The position numbers were made by a program, and so were the translations under genes. A stretch of DNA of 63,599 nucleotides, counting the filler, from Limisphaerales bacterium (lineage in GTDB: Bacteria > Verrucomicrobiota > Verrucomicrobiia > Limisphaerales > SIBE01): the NCBI GenBank assembly GCA_044225505.1. It is 4 parts of 4 records of this genome, joined end to end, with 100 filler letters (N's around TTAATTAATTAA, not from the genome) between each part and the next. Parts side by side here need not be neighbours in the genome. Positions count along the whole stretch, not along the records: positions 34,830 to 52,383 come from JBGAIN010000167.1; 3 more parts are not named here. The stretch is one strand, 5' to 3'. The notes under the pieces were generated by a model. The model saw nothing but the letters and a program-made list of their open reading frames with translations, did no database searches and had not been told where the DNA came from. Below are positions 35,428-45,650 of the stretch, piece after piece (the first letter of the stretch is position 1; each line of letters opens with the position of its first letter).

Positions 35428-35672
35428 CGCCACCGCCTTGCTCGGCCTGCTCCGGCCATCTTGTTCGACATGGCCGCCCGACGTCATAACCCCACCTGTT
35501 CTACCAAACTAATCTGTTAGAGTTACTCTAATGCTCATTGACAGCTCTGGTTCGGATGTCCAGGCTGCCTCTTGCTGCCCCACGGGAACTTGTCCAAAGC
35601 TGGGCAACTGCCCCGCGTGCATTCATTTCGGGTCTCGGCCGAGCTGAACGGAAAAATGAGGTTCAGGACGCT

Positions 35673-36755
35673 ATGAAACGACAATTCGCTAATTCGGTCT
35701 GGAGGGTTTCTCTTTGCTTCGCGGCGATGCTAGGGTGGACGTCATCCGGCCTGGCTCAAAACCCGGTGCGGTTGGATCTTACGATACTGATGGACCGGCC
35801 CACGTTGAGTCTCATCGGCGGGACCGGGACAGTTCAGCTCATTCAGTGCACGACGGGCCTGTCGACGACGAGCGATTGGACCGAACTCACGCTGCTCCAG
35901 GTGCAGCCCACCAACATGCTTTGGACAGACGTCTCGGCCGACGCTCGCAGTTCGCGCTTTTACCGAGCTGTGTCGCTGCCAACGCCAACCGATACCAATC
36001 TGGTTTTCATTCCGCCAGGAACATTTGTAATGGGGAGTCCAGCGGAAGAAGCGTTGCGCTTTCCAGATGAAACCAGACACCTTGTCACGATCAGTCGCGG
36101 GTTTTGGATGGGGAAGTACTTGGTCACGCAAAAAGACTTCATGTCCGTCATGGGATTGAACCCGAGTTACTTCACACCGACTCACGGATCTTCCGAAGAC
36201 TCGTCTCGGCCCGTCGAGCAGGTCACCTGGAACGATGCCACCAATTACTGCGCGCTCCTGACCGCCCGGGATCTGGCGGCAGGCCGCATTCCTCCCCACT
36301 GTGTTTACAGATTGCCCACGGAATCCGAGTGGGAGTACGCTTGCCGCGCCGGAACGACAACCGCGTTCTATTTGGGAAGTCGCTTGTCCTCGGGACAGGC
36401 GAACTTTCTGGGCCGCTACGAGTACGACGCCACCGCGGGCCAAATCAACAATGCGGACGGAGTGTCTCTGCAAAGCACAACCCCTGTCGGGAGCTATGCC
36501 GCAAACGGATGGGGCATCTACGACATGATCGGCAATGTGTGGGAGTGGTGTCAGGACTTTTATGGGAGTTACCCCAAGGAGAGCGTCATTGATCCGCAAG
36601 GGCCCGCCCAGGGATCGGACCACGCGGTTCGAGGCGGTGATTGGGGCGCGCTCGGGCGGTTCTGCCGGTCAGCGCAACGCAGCGGGAACATCCCAGCTCC
36701 CACGTCCCGCCGGGTTGGATTCCGCGTTGTCCTTGCCCTTCGATCGCCCACGTGA
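35673..36755 (+). CDS. Secreted formylglycine-generating enzyme (SUMF1/FGE-sulfatase) family protein with an N-terminal W...FYR module
   Basis: IPPGTFVMGSP, PVEQVTWNDA, RLPTESEWEYACRAG, YDMIGNVWEW and GFRVV motifs. Confidence 0.92.
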   Translation: MKRQFANSVWRVSLCFAAMLGWTSSGLAQNPVRLDLTILMDRPTLSLIGGTGTVQLIQCTTGLSTTSDWTELTLLQVQPTNMLWTDVSADARSSRFYRAVSLPTPTDTNLVFIPPGTFVMGSPAEEALRFPDETRHLVTISRGFWMGKYLVTQKDFMSVMGLNPSYFTPTHGSSEDSSRPVEQVTWNDATNYCALLTARDLAAGRIPPHCVYRLPTESEWEYACRAGTTTAFYLGSRLSSGQANFLGRYEYDATAGQINNADGVSLQSTTPVGSYAANGWGIYDMIGNVWEWCQDFYGSYPKESVIDPQGPAQGSDHAVRGGDWGALGRFCRSAQRSGNIPAPTSRRVGFRVVLALRSPT

Positions 36756-36812
36756 TACGACCGGTCGACGACAACCGTTCTTCCCGGCCTACTGGTGAAA
36801 AATAGAGTCACG

Positions 36813-38954
36813 ATGAATCGTCGAGATTTTCTTTCGGTGGCATGGATGGTGGGAGCCGCCGCGCCGTTCACTCTCCGCGTTGGAGCCGCAGAGAGCGATT
36901 CCTATCAATTTGATCCGACCTCGGACATCATTCAGGCCCCCAAGAATCCGGCGCTCTGGGGCGAATTCCGCACCCAACTTGACACTTGGCGCGCCGAACA
37001 AAAAAGAGAACTGCATTACTCGGATGCCCTCTATCGCCGAAGTGACTTCGGGTGGGTTCCCGGCAGTTATGCCTGTTGCTTCCTGATGCTGAGCGATGAG
37101 CGGATCCGCGACTCGGCGACGGGTCGGTACCGCATTAAGGAATGGCTCGACGCAAGTCAGCGCGACTTTGGCGGCTTCGACAGCGCGGTGCTCTGGCATG
37201 CCTATCCGCGCATTGGACTGGATGACCGCAACCAATTTGATTTCTACCGCGACCAATTGGGAGGGATTACCGGGCTCAGGGGCGTGGTGGACGAACTGCA
37301 TCGAGCTGGAGTCCGCAGCTACATCGATTTCAATCCGTGGGACATCGCCACGCGCCGAGAGAACAAGCCGGACATCGATGTCCTCTGTGATTTCGTCCAG
37401 GCACTCGACGTGGATGGCATCTTTCTTGACACCATGAAAGAGGGCGCAACGGAATTTCGCGCCAAGCTCGACTCCGTTCGCCCGGGAGTGGTGTTGGAAG
37501 GAGAGATCGCCTTGGCGATGACCCGGATCGCTGACCATCACATGGCCTGGGCGCAAGGATTTCGGGATGGCGACGTCCCAGGGGTCGTGCGCAACAAGTG
37601 GTTCGAGCGCCGTCATCAACTTCATCACGTCTCCCGCTGGAACCGTGACCGCACGCTGGAGTTTCAAACCGCTTTCATGAACGGCACAGGTACGATGATC
37701 TGGGATAATGTCTTCGGCTCCTGGGTAGGTTATAGTGAGCGTGAGAAATCGGTGCTGCGATCAATGCTGCCTATCCAACGTCGTTTCACCAAACTGTTTT
37801 CGGGTGAGCATTGGACGCCGCTCGTGCCGACGACCGATGCCAATCTCTACGCCAGCCAGTGGGAACTCGACGGCGTCCGCCTCTGGACAATGGTAAACCG
37901 TTCGAACAACACCGTTACCGGACGCCCTGACCACGTCGAATTGAAACAGGGAGAGCAACTGTGGGATTTGGTGTCTGGCGTGGAACTAAGTTCGGCGATG
38001 GTCATGATCCGGCCTCGAGGCATTGGCAGCGTGATTGCAGCGCGTCGAGAATTGCTTGGATTGGACTTTGATGAATTCCTGGCTCGGCAACACATCACCG
38101 ACCAAAGAGCGAATTGGGACGTTTCATTCCCGAACAACGTTCGGACACAGTTGGTCCCCGTGAAGCCAGAGCGGATCTATGCGCGCAATCGATTGCCCAA
38201 AGAGATGGCGTTGATTCCGGGAGGCACGTTCCAATTCACTGTCCAGTTCCGCATCCGCGAGTGTGGTTGGTATGAATCGACCCCCGACAAGATCAAAGAC
38301 TTTTCGCGACTCCACTCCCTGAGTCGAGAGACTCGCCACGTGACACTTGCGCCCTACGCGATGGATTTGACCCCAGTGACCAACGCCCAGTATTCGGAGT
38401 TCCTCAAAGCGTCGGGCTACAAGCCGGCGGACTCCTCTCATTTCTTGCGGCACTGGCGTGATCATGCGCCGCCGCCAGGACTTGACGAGCATCCGGTGGT
38501 CTATGTTGATCTCAACGATGCCCGCGCATATGCGCGCTGGGCTGGAAAACGCCTGCCGACAGAGGAGGAGTGGCAACTCGCCGCGCAAGGAACCGATGGA
38601 CGCCGTTACCCCTGGGGCAATGACCGCCCAAAGCCGAATGATGGTCTGTGCAATGGTTACGGCACCACGACGACGCCGGTAAAACAATTCCCGAACGGGC
38701 GTTCCCCATTCGGAATTTACGACCAATGCGGGAACACCTGGGAATGGACCGAAAGCGAGCGCCAAGATGGCGTGAACCGATTCGCCATGTTGCGCGGCGG
38801 CTCGCACTTCCATGCGCAAGGTTCGCAGTGGTATATGGATGGAGGGCCCCAGGAAACCACTTTCGCCGCAAAGTGCCTGCTCACCTGTCCGGGCATAGAT
38901 CGTTGTGCGACGGTCAGCTTCCGATGCGTGGTCGATCTGGAACCTGAACGGTGA
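36813..38954 (+). CDS. Tat-exported protein: N-terminal GH-like barrel domain plus C-terminal FGE-sulfatase domain
   Basis: MNRRDFL signal; DGIFLDT; KRLPTEEEWQLAA, YPWG, GNTWEWT and RGGS motifs. Confidence 0.88.
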   Translation: MNRRDFLSVAWMVGAAAPFTLRVGAAESDSYQFDPTSDIIQAPKNPALWGEFRTQLDTWRAEQKRELHYSDALYRRSDFGWVPGSYACCFLMLSDERIRDSATGRYRIKEWLDASQRDFGGFDSAVLWHAYPRIGLDDRNQFDFYRDQLGGITGLRGVVDELHRAGVRSYIDFNPWDIATRRENKPDIDVLCDFVQALDVDGIFLDTMKEGATEFRAKLDSVRPGVVLEGEIALAMTRIADHHMAWAQGFRDGDVPGVVRNKWFERRHQLHHVSRWNRDRTLEFQTAFMNGTGTMIWDNVFGSWVGYSEREKSVLRSMLPIQRRFTKLFSGEHWTPLVPTTDANLYASQWELDGVRLWTMVNRSNNTVTGRPDHVELKQGEQLWDLVSGVELSSAMVMIRPRGIGSVIAARRELLGLDFDEFLARQHITDQRANWDVSFPNNVRTQLVPVKPERIYARNRLPKEMALIPGGTFQFTVQFRIRECGWYESTPDKIKDFSRLHSLSRETRHVTLAPYAMDLTPVTNAQYSEFLKASGYKPADSSHFLRHWRDHAPPPGLDEHPVVYVDLNDARAYARWAGKRLPTEEEWQLAAQGTDGRRYPWGNDRPKPNDGLCNGYGTTTTPVKQFPNGRSPFGIYDQCGNTWEWTESERQDGVNRFAMLRGGSHFHAQGSQWYMDGGPQETTFAAKCLLTCPGIDRCATVSFRCVVDLEPER

Positions 38955-39082
38955 ATTGAGCCAATTTCCGTTGCCAGGATTCCCTGACCGCTGATCGCCG
39001 GAAAAGGCGACCTCTCAACCAGCATGTCGGCGCCTTGAGGAATCGTCCGAATCGAACGAAATTTCGATTAAGGAGATTTCAC

Positions 39083-39277
39083 ATGAAAAAATAAGCTCTT
39101 GCAGCTTCCGCCTTAATCCTCGGCACCTTTTTGAGCGGGTGCGAACACGACCACTACTATCATCGCCGAGATCGCGGCACGGTGGGTCCTGGGTATGAAT
39201 ACGGTCGAGGCCGTAACTAGGAAGTGGTTCCCGTGCCCGCATCTCCGGTCATCGTTCGGCCGCGCTATCGCGAATGA
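39083..39277 (+). pseudogene. Small lipoprotein gene with two in-frame stops
   Basis: AAGGAG RBS; MKK*ALAASALILGTFLSGC lipobox...GRGRN*EVVPVPASPVIVRPRYRE*. Confidence 0.65.
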
Positions 39278-39641
39278 GACGATTATCGTCGATAAAAACT
39301 GAACCGCGTGGTTGCCGGCTTGTTCAATGCTGCGGCAGCTGGACGAGGCTGTTCCTTGGCAGCGTTTCAGTTAATGCAAGCTAGCGACGACGCTGAACCT
39401 TGCGCCTGGCGTTCCGCACAGGCGCGAGCTGGCGACCGAACAGTTTTGGCTCAAAGGCAGAATGATCCCCTGGGAGCAAAATTAGCTTTCGTCACCTGAG
39501 TTGTTGCCTGGAAGAACCCCACTGAAGAACCAGTCGCCGGCTGCGTTGGCCATGGGCGTCTCGCCAACGTTTGCTCAAACCAACAGACCGTCGCCGTTCT
39601 TGGTCGCTTCTGCAGAGACCATGCGATAGGCTTTCGTTGCG

Positions 39642-42158
39642 ATGAAGATCAAGCAACTCGCCTTATGGGTGTTGGCAATACCAAGTATGCTGGCTCCTGC
39701 GGTCTTGGGCGCGGCTGCGCCTGAATTCGTTCAGCAAATTGATTTAATCCACTTCTCTCACACGGACTATGGCTTTACGGATCACCCCGCGGTCTGTCGG
39801 GATTTGCAGCGGCGCTACCTGGACCTGGCGCTCGATCTCGTTCTGACGACAGGTCAGCTTCCGGAAGAAGCACGCTTTCATTGGACCGCCGAAACGACCG
39901 TGGCGGTAAACGACTGGTGGCAAGCTGCCAGTCCCGAGCGGCGCCAACAGTTTCTCCAGGCGGTGCGTGACGGGCAGCTCGAGGTGACTGCTCTGCCTCT
40001 AAATAACACTCCGTTCCTCGACCGTGATCAGTGGAACGTGATGACGCATTGGCTGCCGGAAGACCTTTGGAATGAATTGACACCTCAAACCGCGGTGCAA
40101 AATGACGTCAATGGATTCCCTCGGGCCGGAGCAAAGTCTCTCTTGGACCGCGGGGTGCGGTATCTCTTTTCGGGAATCAACGGAGATAGCGGCGGACCGC
40201 CGCTGCCTCGGCTGACAGCCTTTTGGTGGAAGCAACCGGACGGTCGGAAACTCTTCGTCTGGATGAGTCTCACATATGGCGACGGCTTTTCCTTTTTCGA
40301 AAAAGAGGAGTGGCGGCGTGGCCCGCTTCCAGCCGCAGCGGACGCCCGCTATCGTCCGCCGCGCGCCAGCGACATCCTCAAGACGGACCGGGAATCGATG
40401 CGCCAAGCGCATGAGCGGTGCCTCACTCGACTCCGCGAGTTTGAACGCAACGGATATCGGAATCCGGTGCTCGCGGTTTCTATGACGAGCATGTGGCGTT
40501 ATGACAATGATCCGCCCTTTCCGCCTTTATCGGAGTTTGTGGCCGCCTGGAATCAGTTGGGCCTGCAACCGAAGCTGCGCCTGGCGACCGCCACCCAAGC
40601 GATGAAAGACTTGGAAAAGGCGGCCGGAACCACCGCACCTGAATACGAGGGGGAGTGGACCGATTGGTGGGCCAATGGGACAGCTTGTGCTCCGCGAGAA
40701 GTTGCCGCGAGCCGTTTCGCCAAGCGTTACCTGGCCGCTGCTCAGTCGCCAGTTTGGGGACCTCTCGATCCCGCTGTAACCAGCCGCATGGTCGAGCTCA
40801 GAAAAGACCTGTGTCTGTTTGATGAACATACCTGGGGTTCCGGGATGAGCGTGGGGCAACCCTACAGCCTCGACGCGCAGGGGCAATGGAACGAGAAAGC
40901 CCGCCTCGCCTGGCGGCCTATGGCTCTGGCGGAATGGTTGCTCGGACAACGGGCTCGTACTCGGCTTGTCAACGAAGGCGAAGGACTGTGGCTGGCCAAT
41001 ACGACCACTGCCCCGTTCAGCGGCTGGGCGAGACTGATCGCGTCGTGCTTGCGCGATGACTCGCATTCCCTGATCGATCCCGCCACGGGCGCGAGTCTCA
41101 AGCTCTACTTTGAACCGGGGCCGCTCTGGGGCCGGCCGCAACAGGCGTCCGACTTAAGTCCAGAAGACGTTTCCGCCACTTTCTCTGACCGATCCCCCAA
41201 TCGGTTTGCTCGCTTCTGGGTAGAACACCTCCCCGGCTCAAGCGTCCGCCAGTACCAGCTTCGCCGGGAATCTGCGGAAGACAAAGGGCCAGAGGCTAAG
41301 AGAGCTCCGATGATTTCAACGGATGCCCAAGGGTGGCCGGTGGCCGCTCTTTGGCCCGATATGAACAAGCCCTTGTTCAGCGCTGGCCTGGGGGACTTCA
41401 TTTCAGTGAAAGTGAATGCGTTCGCCCCACGTTGGGCGTTGCAGGATATCTGGGGAACGGGGGATGCAGCCAAGCGTGCGCAACTGCAGCAGGACAAACT
41501 CACGTTTGTCGCGGCGACGGCGACTCAACGTGTCCAGATCGAGGAAAATCCACATACGATTCGCTACACGCAAAGTCTCGATCATCCACGACTGAAGTGG
41601 GCCACCCGACAGCTTGAGATCTGGAAGAGCGAGCCGCGGGCTCGTTTGACCTTTCGGTTGAACCGCATCAGTTCGTTTGATCCAGAGCTGCTTTGCATTG
41701 TGAACCCGCTTCCATGCGACGACACATTACCGCGCCTCAGCAGCGGTGGGATGGGATTCACTCCGTTCACCGACCAATTCCCCGGCACTTGCCGCGACTA
41801 TTTCGCTATCGATGGCTGGGCAGACTACGCCACGCCAGATGGGCATTGGCTGTGGGTCACCCGCGATGCCCCGCTCATCACCTTGGATGGGCCTCATCCT
41901 AAGTCGCATCTCACAGTTCCTCCGCCTCGCACGGGCCGGTTGCTCGCGATTGTTTACGACAATTTCTGGTATACAAATTTCCAAGGTGATAGCCCTGGAG
42001 TTATGGAGTTCCAATTCGACCTGGTGTGGCAACGTCAGTTGGAAGGCGACCACGCCGCAGAATCGCTGGCGGCGGCGCTGATGACTGAGCCCGTAATGGT
42101 CCTTAACCCCGCAGGACAGGAACATCCATTGTTCATGCAGGACCTGTTCAAGCCATGA
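39642..42158 (+). CDS. Secreted glycoside hydrolase family 38-like protein
   Basis: Signal peptide; HFSHTDYGFTD, QNDVNG, GEWTDWW and FDEHTWG motifs. Confidence 0.8.
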   Translation: MKIKQLALWVLAIPSMLAPAVLGAAAPEFVQQIDLIHFSHTDYGFTDHPAVCRDLQRRYLDLALDLVLTTGQLPEEARFHWTAETTVAVNDWWQAASPERRQQFLQAVRDGQLEVTALPLNNTPFLDRDQWNVMTHWLPEDLWNELTPQTAVQNDVNGFPRAGAKSLLDRGVRYLFSGINGDSGGPPLPRLTAFWWKQPDGRKLFVWMSLTYGDGFSFFEKEEWRRGPLPAAADARYRPPRASDILKTDRESMRQAHERCLTRLREFERNGYRNPVLAVSMTSMWRYDNDPPFPPLSEFVAAWNQLGLQPKLRLATATQAMKDLEKAAGTTAPEYEGEWTDWWANGTACAPREVAASRFAKRYLAAAQSPVWGPLDPAVTSRMVELRKDLCLFDEHTWGSGMSVGQPYSLDAQGQWNEKARLAWRPMALAEWLLGQRARTRLVNEGEGLWLANTTTAPFSGWARLIASCLRDDSHSLIDPATGASLKLYFEPGPLWGRPQQASDLSPEDVSATFSDRSPNRFARFWVEHLPGSSVRQYQLRRESAEDKGPEAKRAPMISTDAQGWPVAALWPDMNKPLFSAGLGDFISVKVNAFAPRWALQDIWGTGDAAKRAQLQQDKLTFVAATATQRVQIEENPHTIRYTQSLDHPRLKWATRQLEIWKSEPRARLTFRLNRISSFDPELLCIVNPLPCDDTLPRLSSGGMGFTPFTDQFPGTCRDYFAIDGWADYATPDGHWLWVTRDAPLITLDGPHPKSHLTVPPPRTGRLLAIVYDNFWYTNFQGDSPGVMEFQFDLVWQRQLEGDHAAESLAAALMTEPVMVLNPAGQEHPLFMQDLFKP

Positions 42159-42286
42159 GTCGAATCGAACGGACCGGTTGATGCTTCAGCCGCCCCAATC
42201 GAATCGAAATTGTTGGCATGGCCTTGCTCCCGCAGGCACGCCACGCTTGAAAAAACTGGTGCCCGTGGCATTCTGGGCAAAGAGTT

Positions 42287-42637
42287 ATGGGAACACTCCT
42301 GGTCCTTTACGTTGCCAGCGGCTTGATTTTGATCTTGGTTTCTTTGCCGCTGCTGTGGGGCAAGGTTCCTCCGAACCCACTCTACGGATTTCGGGTTCGC
42401 GCTACCCTCCAGAATCCGAGCCTCTGGTACCCGGTGAACCGATTTGCGGCCAAGCGTCTGCTATGGGTCGGAGTGATTATGACCGTGGCCGCCTTAATCC
42501 TTTATACGGTTCCGGGCCTAACGGTGGATAGTTACTCGCTTGCTTGTCTGGGCATCCTTCTGGTCGCACTTGGAACCGCATTAATTCAGTGCTTTCGCTA
42601 TCTGAGTTCAATCACTCGATCGGGCGGCACCCACTGA
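42287..42637 (+). CDS. SdpI/YhfL family membrane protein
   Basis: KVPPNPLYGFRVRATL...W...NR motif; three TM segments. Confidence 0.88.
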   Translation: MGTLLVLYVASGLILILVSLPLLWGKVPPNPLYGFRVRATLQNPSLWYPVNRFAAKRLLWVGVIMTVAALILYTVPGLTVDSYSLACLGILLVALGTALIQCFRYLSSITRSGGTH

Positions 42638-42781
42638 GTTTGGACAGAGCGATGGAACGAGCGGGCCTGGCCCGGGATTCGCACGCAGCCCTTGCTCTGG
42701 GAAAGTTCAACCACGGTCACTACAGGAAGATGCTATATTCTTGATGGCCGAAACGTCCTAAAGCTTGAGCGGAATCTCAGA

Positions 42782-43504
42782 TCACTCTGGAGTAAACTGG
42801 AAACGCTGGATGACGATCTCCACTTCCTGCCGGTTCTTGGGCTCTCGCCCTTGGAACAGCCAGAGATTGATGTGGATCGGCATCGGTTGCTGCGAAACGC
42901 GCCGCGTCGCGTCGGGTGGGCTAAAAACCCAGCGGCTGAATTCCTCTTTGTCGTCATCCCGAAGTCCGCGCAAAGACTGAAACAGGATTCCCCCCTTGCT
43001 CCAAACAAAGCGGTGCGTGCTGGCAGCGTTCACCAAAAGAAAAGGAAACGATTTAGACTCTTGCTTGAGTTCCTTCTCCACAGGCCAGACAGTATAATTA
43101 CCCATGGGATTTTTAGCTTCACCCCATCGGGCGAACTCGATATCGATCTCATGCGTAGCGTCTGGGCCAACCTCTCTGGTCGGATAATTGAACAGTCCTA
43201 GCACGACGTTGTCGTCCAAACGGTCGATGGCACCCATGATTTGAAACTCGTATCGGCCGAAGGCCAATCGCTTCCGCATTGTAACCTCGGCGCAACTCCA
43301 TTTCTCGTCGCGTTGAGAGATCTTGAGATGCAGTGCGCCTGAGGCGTCAAGCCACACATTACCCTCGTCCCACACATTAGGTCCTGGCCCTCCTCGCCCG
43401 GATCGGACATTCCAGTCGTATCCCCCAAACTGCACGGTTTTGCCCAAAGCGGTTGGAACCAGAGCGAGCATTAGAGCCAGCGACAGGGAGAAAGCCTGTT
43501 TCAT
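42782..43504 (-). CDS. Secreted glycoside hydrolase family 16-like protein
   Basis: Signal peptide; EIDIE catalytic motif; GPGPN.W and INLWL. Confidence 0.85.
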   Translation of the reverse strand: MKQAFSLSLALMLALVPTALGKTVQFGGYDWNVRSGRGGPGPNVWDEGNVWLDASGALHLKISQRDEKWSCAEVTMRKRLAFGRYEFQIMGAIDRLDDNVVLGLFNYPTREVGPDATHEIDIEFARWGEAKNPMGNYTVWPVEKELKQESKSFPFLLVNAASTHRFVWSKGGILFQSLRGLRDDDKEEFSRWVFSPPDATRRVSQQPMPIHINLWLFQGREPKNRQEVEIVIQRFQFTPE

Positions 43505-43737
43505 AAGCTGATCAACGAGCAGGACGCTGGCACTGTCAAGCTTGCAGGCAACCCAGAATGAAGCGTCCACACCGCTTGAGCGAACCTCAGCGAAGGTGCA
43601 ACGATCCCCCGCCGCCATGCAGCAAACCGTTTTAGGGCCACGCCAAGCGAATTAGTATGCGCGTCCGCTATCGGCTGCTCAGCAAAATCACGAAAGGAAG
43701 TCGCGTGCGGAGTTTATCTTGTCCGAGCTTGCAAGGC

Positions 43738-43812
43738 TGGAGCCAATGGTCGGGATTGAACCGACGACCTACGGTTTACGAAACCGTTGCTCTGCCGCTG
43801 AGCTACATTGGC
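43738..43812 (-). tRNA. tRNA-Thr (anticodon CGT)
   Basis: GCCAATGTAGCTCAGCGGCAGAGCAACGGTTTCGTAAACCGTAGGTCGTCGGTTCAATCCCGACCATTGGCTCCA cloverleaf with encoded CCA. Confidence 0.97.
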
Positions 43813-44062
43813 TAAAGGTTCGCGAGTGAATCCCCGGGCTGGGACCAAGACCGACCTGGCCCGAGCGGAGCACCGCGAAAGCGTCCGATCTATAAACGCT
43901 CTTGGCCGGGCGGTCAAGATGGATACGCAGCCATTTCGCAAGATGTTGATCTGGAGTGACCCAGTCGACGGGAGCCTACCGAACGCTCTAGACCGGCCCT
44001 CGCACCGTGTCACGAAACAAGGTAAATCGCAATTGGCATCGATGAATGCGCGAGGCAGCCGA

Positions 44063-44545
44063 CTAGCAACTGGTTGGCACTTCCTGCAGCACTTCCAACG
44101 CGTGCGGAATCGCGCCCACCACAAAACCGAGGCATTCCACCGCTCCGCTTGGTTTGCCTGGGAGACAGATGACCAGGGACTTCTCCACCACTGCGGCAAG
44201 ACTCCGCGAGAGGATTGCGTTCTTGGTGATCTTCATGGATTCCATGCGCATTACTTCACCGAACCCTGGCAACTCGCGCACTGAAATTTCCCTGACAGCT
44301 TCGGGTGTGACATCGCGCAGGGCAACGCCCGTGCCGCCCGTCGTCAGAATGAGCTGGCAGCCCTTGTGAATCTGCTCTCGAATCGCGCGTTGTATCTCGC
44401 GCTTCTCGTCCGGAACCAGGGATTCAGCAAGGACTTGCCATCCGTGCTTCGCCGCTTGCTCGCGCAACGCCGGTCCCCCGAGGTCGTCGTAGAGTCCTTG
44501 GGAAGCACGGTCCGAAATCGTGGTGATGCCAACGAGTATTTGCAT
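44063..44545 (-). CDS. mog: Molybdopterin adenylyltransferase (MogA/MoaB family)
   Basis: TISDRAS, TTGGTG...RDVTPEA, LPGFGE and ICLPGKP motifs. Confidence 0.92.
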   Translation of the reverse strand: MQILVGITTISDRASQGLYDDLGGPALREQAAKHGWQVLAESLVPDEKREIQRAIREQIHKGCQLILTTGGTGVALRDVTPEAVREISVRELPGFGEVMRMESMKITKNAILSRSLAAVVEKSLVICLPGKPSGAVECLGFVVGAIPHALEVLQEVPTSC

Positions 44546-44546
44546 G

Positions 44547-45650
44547 TCACTGAGCCTCGGCGAGGAGCTTCTCCACCTTTTCATCCAAATCCTCGCGGCC
44601 ATTCAAGTCGCGCAGGTTGCCCTTTTTATCGATTAACCACATAGCTGGGATGCCCTGAATGCCAAATTGTTTCCCAAAGTCGTTATCCCATTGCTTGCCG
44701 TCGTAGTACTGGGGCCAAGGCATTTTTTGATCTTTGGTGAAACTCATCAGTTTGCTTTTGTCTTGGTCGAAGCTGATGCCGACAATTTCGAAACCCTTGG
44801 GATGTAATTTCTCATAGGCAGCCACAACGTTCGGTATTTCCCGCACGCATGGCCCACACCACGTAGCCCAGAAATCAATCAAAACGACCTTCCCCCGAAG
44901 TTTCTCCAGGTCAACGGCACGACCATCCACCGCTGTAAACTTGATCGGGACGGGTTTGCCCAAGCGCAGCAAAGGCTTGAGCGCTTCCTTCACCGCTTCT
45001 GGGGCTGCCGGGTTGGTTGCGAGCTCCTTGGCTAACCGCACGCCGCGCTCCGGTTCCCCCTCCAAGGCAGCCATCTGTAACATTTCGTAGCTCTCGGTCC
45101 GGTTGGGAAAATCTTTAAGCAATGCGCGCGCTCCATTCTCAAGCTCGTCAAACGCGGCTGTCCGCCCCTCGGCCATCTTCGACATTGCCTTCCGATTAAC
45201 AGCGTTGGCTCGAATGTGGAATCTCTCTTCCTCGGACAATTTTGGGTCTTTGAGCTTGACTTGCTCGACGACCTCCAAGCGGGTGCTCACGTTTGTATTA
45301 CCAAGCTGCCAGGCGATGCGCAGGAGCTCGTATTCTTTGCCTTGGGCTTCCTCGGATCGGTAATATCCTGGAAACCGACTCTGGAATTCCTTGGCTCGTT
45401 CAGCCGCCTTGGCCAAACGCTCGGCTTCACCGCTACGAAACTTTTCAAATTCTTCTTGGCTAGGCTGAGTTTGTCGCCACGCTTCGGGCGGTTGAGGAGG
45501 CTGGCCCTGATCCAGGACCTGTTGCCAAAGTTTATCGGCATCGGAAGCGGGAGCGGTCGTCTGGGCCTGGGATGACCAAATGGCGAGCACGCCTCCGCTC
45601 AAGAGTAGGCCCAGCAAAATCGTTCGCATCCCAAGAGTTGTTCGTTGCAT
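44547..45650 (-). CDS. Secreted TlpA-family thiol:disulfide oxidoreductase with a helical N-terminal extension
   Basis: GKVVLIDFWATWCGPC and GIP motifs; signal peptide; start uncertain. Confidence 0.9.
   Translation of the reverse strand: MQRTTLGMRTILLGLLLSGGVLAIWSSQAQTTAPASDADKLWQQVLDQGQPPQPPEAWRQTQPSQEEFEKFRSGEAERLAKAAERAKEFQSRFPGYYRSEEAQGKEYELLRIAWQLGNTNVSTRLEVVEQVKLKDPKLSEEERFHIRANAVNRKAMSKMAEGRTAAFDELENGARALLKDFPNRTESYEMLQMAALEGEPERGVRLAKELATNPAAPEAVKEALKPLLRLGKPVPIKFTAVDGRAVDLEKLRGKVVLIDFWATWCGPCVREIPNVVAAYEKLHPKGFEIVGISFDQDKSKLMSFTKDQKMPWPQYYDGKQWDNDFGKQFGIQGIPAMWLIDKKGNLRDLNGREDLDEKVEKLLAEAQ

Noticed and set aside
36640..36755. FGE/C-type-lectin-fold C-terminus as a DGR variable region, given the Avd-like four-helix-bundle remnant in the window
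   Set aside because: No reverse transcriptase and no adenine-variant template repeat is visible, and the Avd-like remnant is on a different contig.
43738..43812. tRNA-Thr as the integration site of an island covering 34830-43700
   Set aside because: I found no integrase and no duplicated tRNA 3' end on this contig, although the contig ends before this can be fully excluded.
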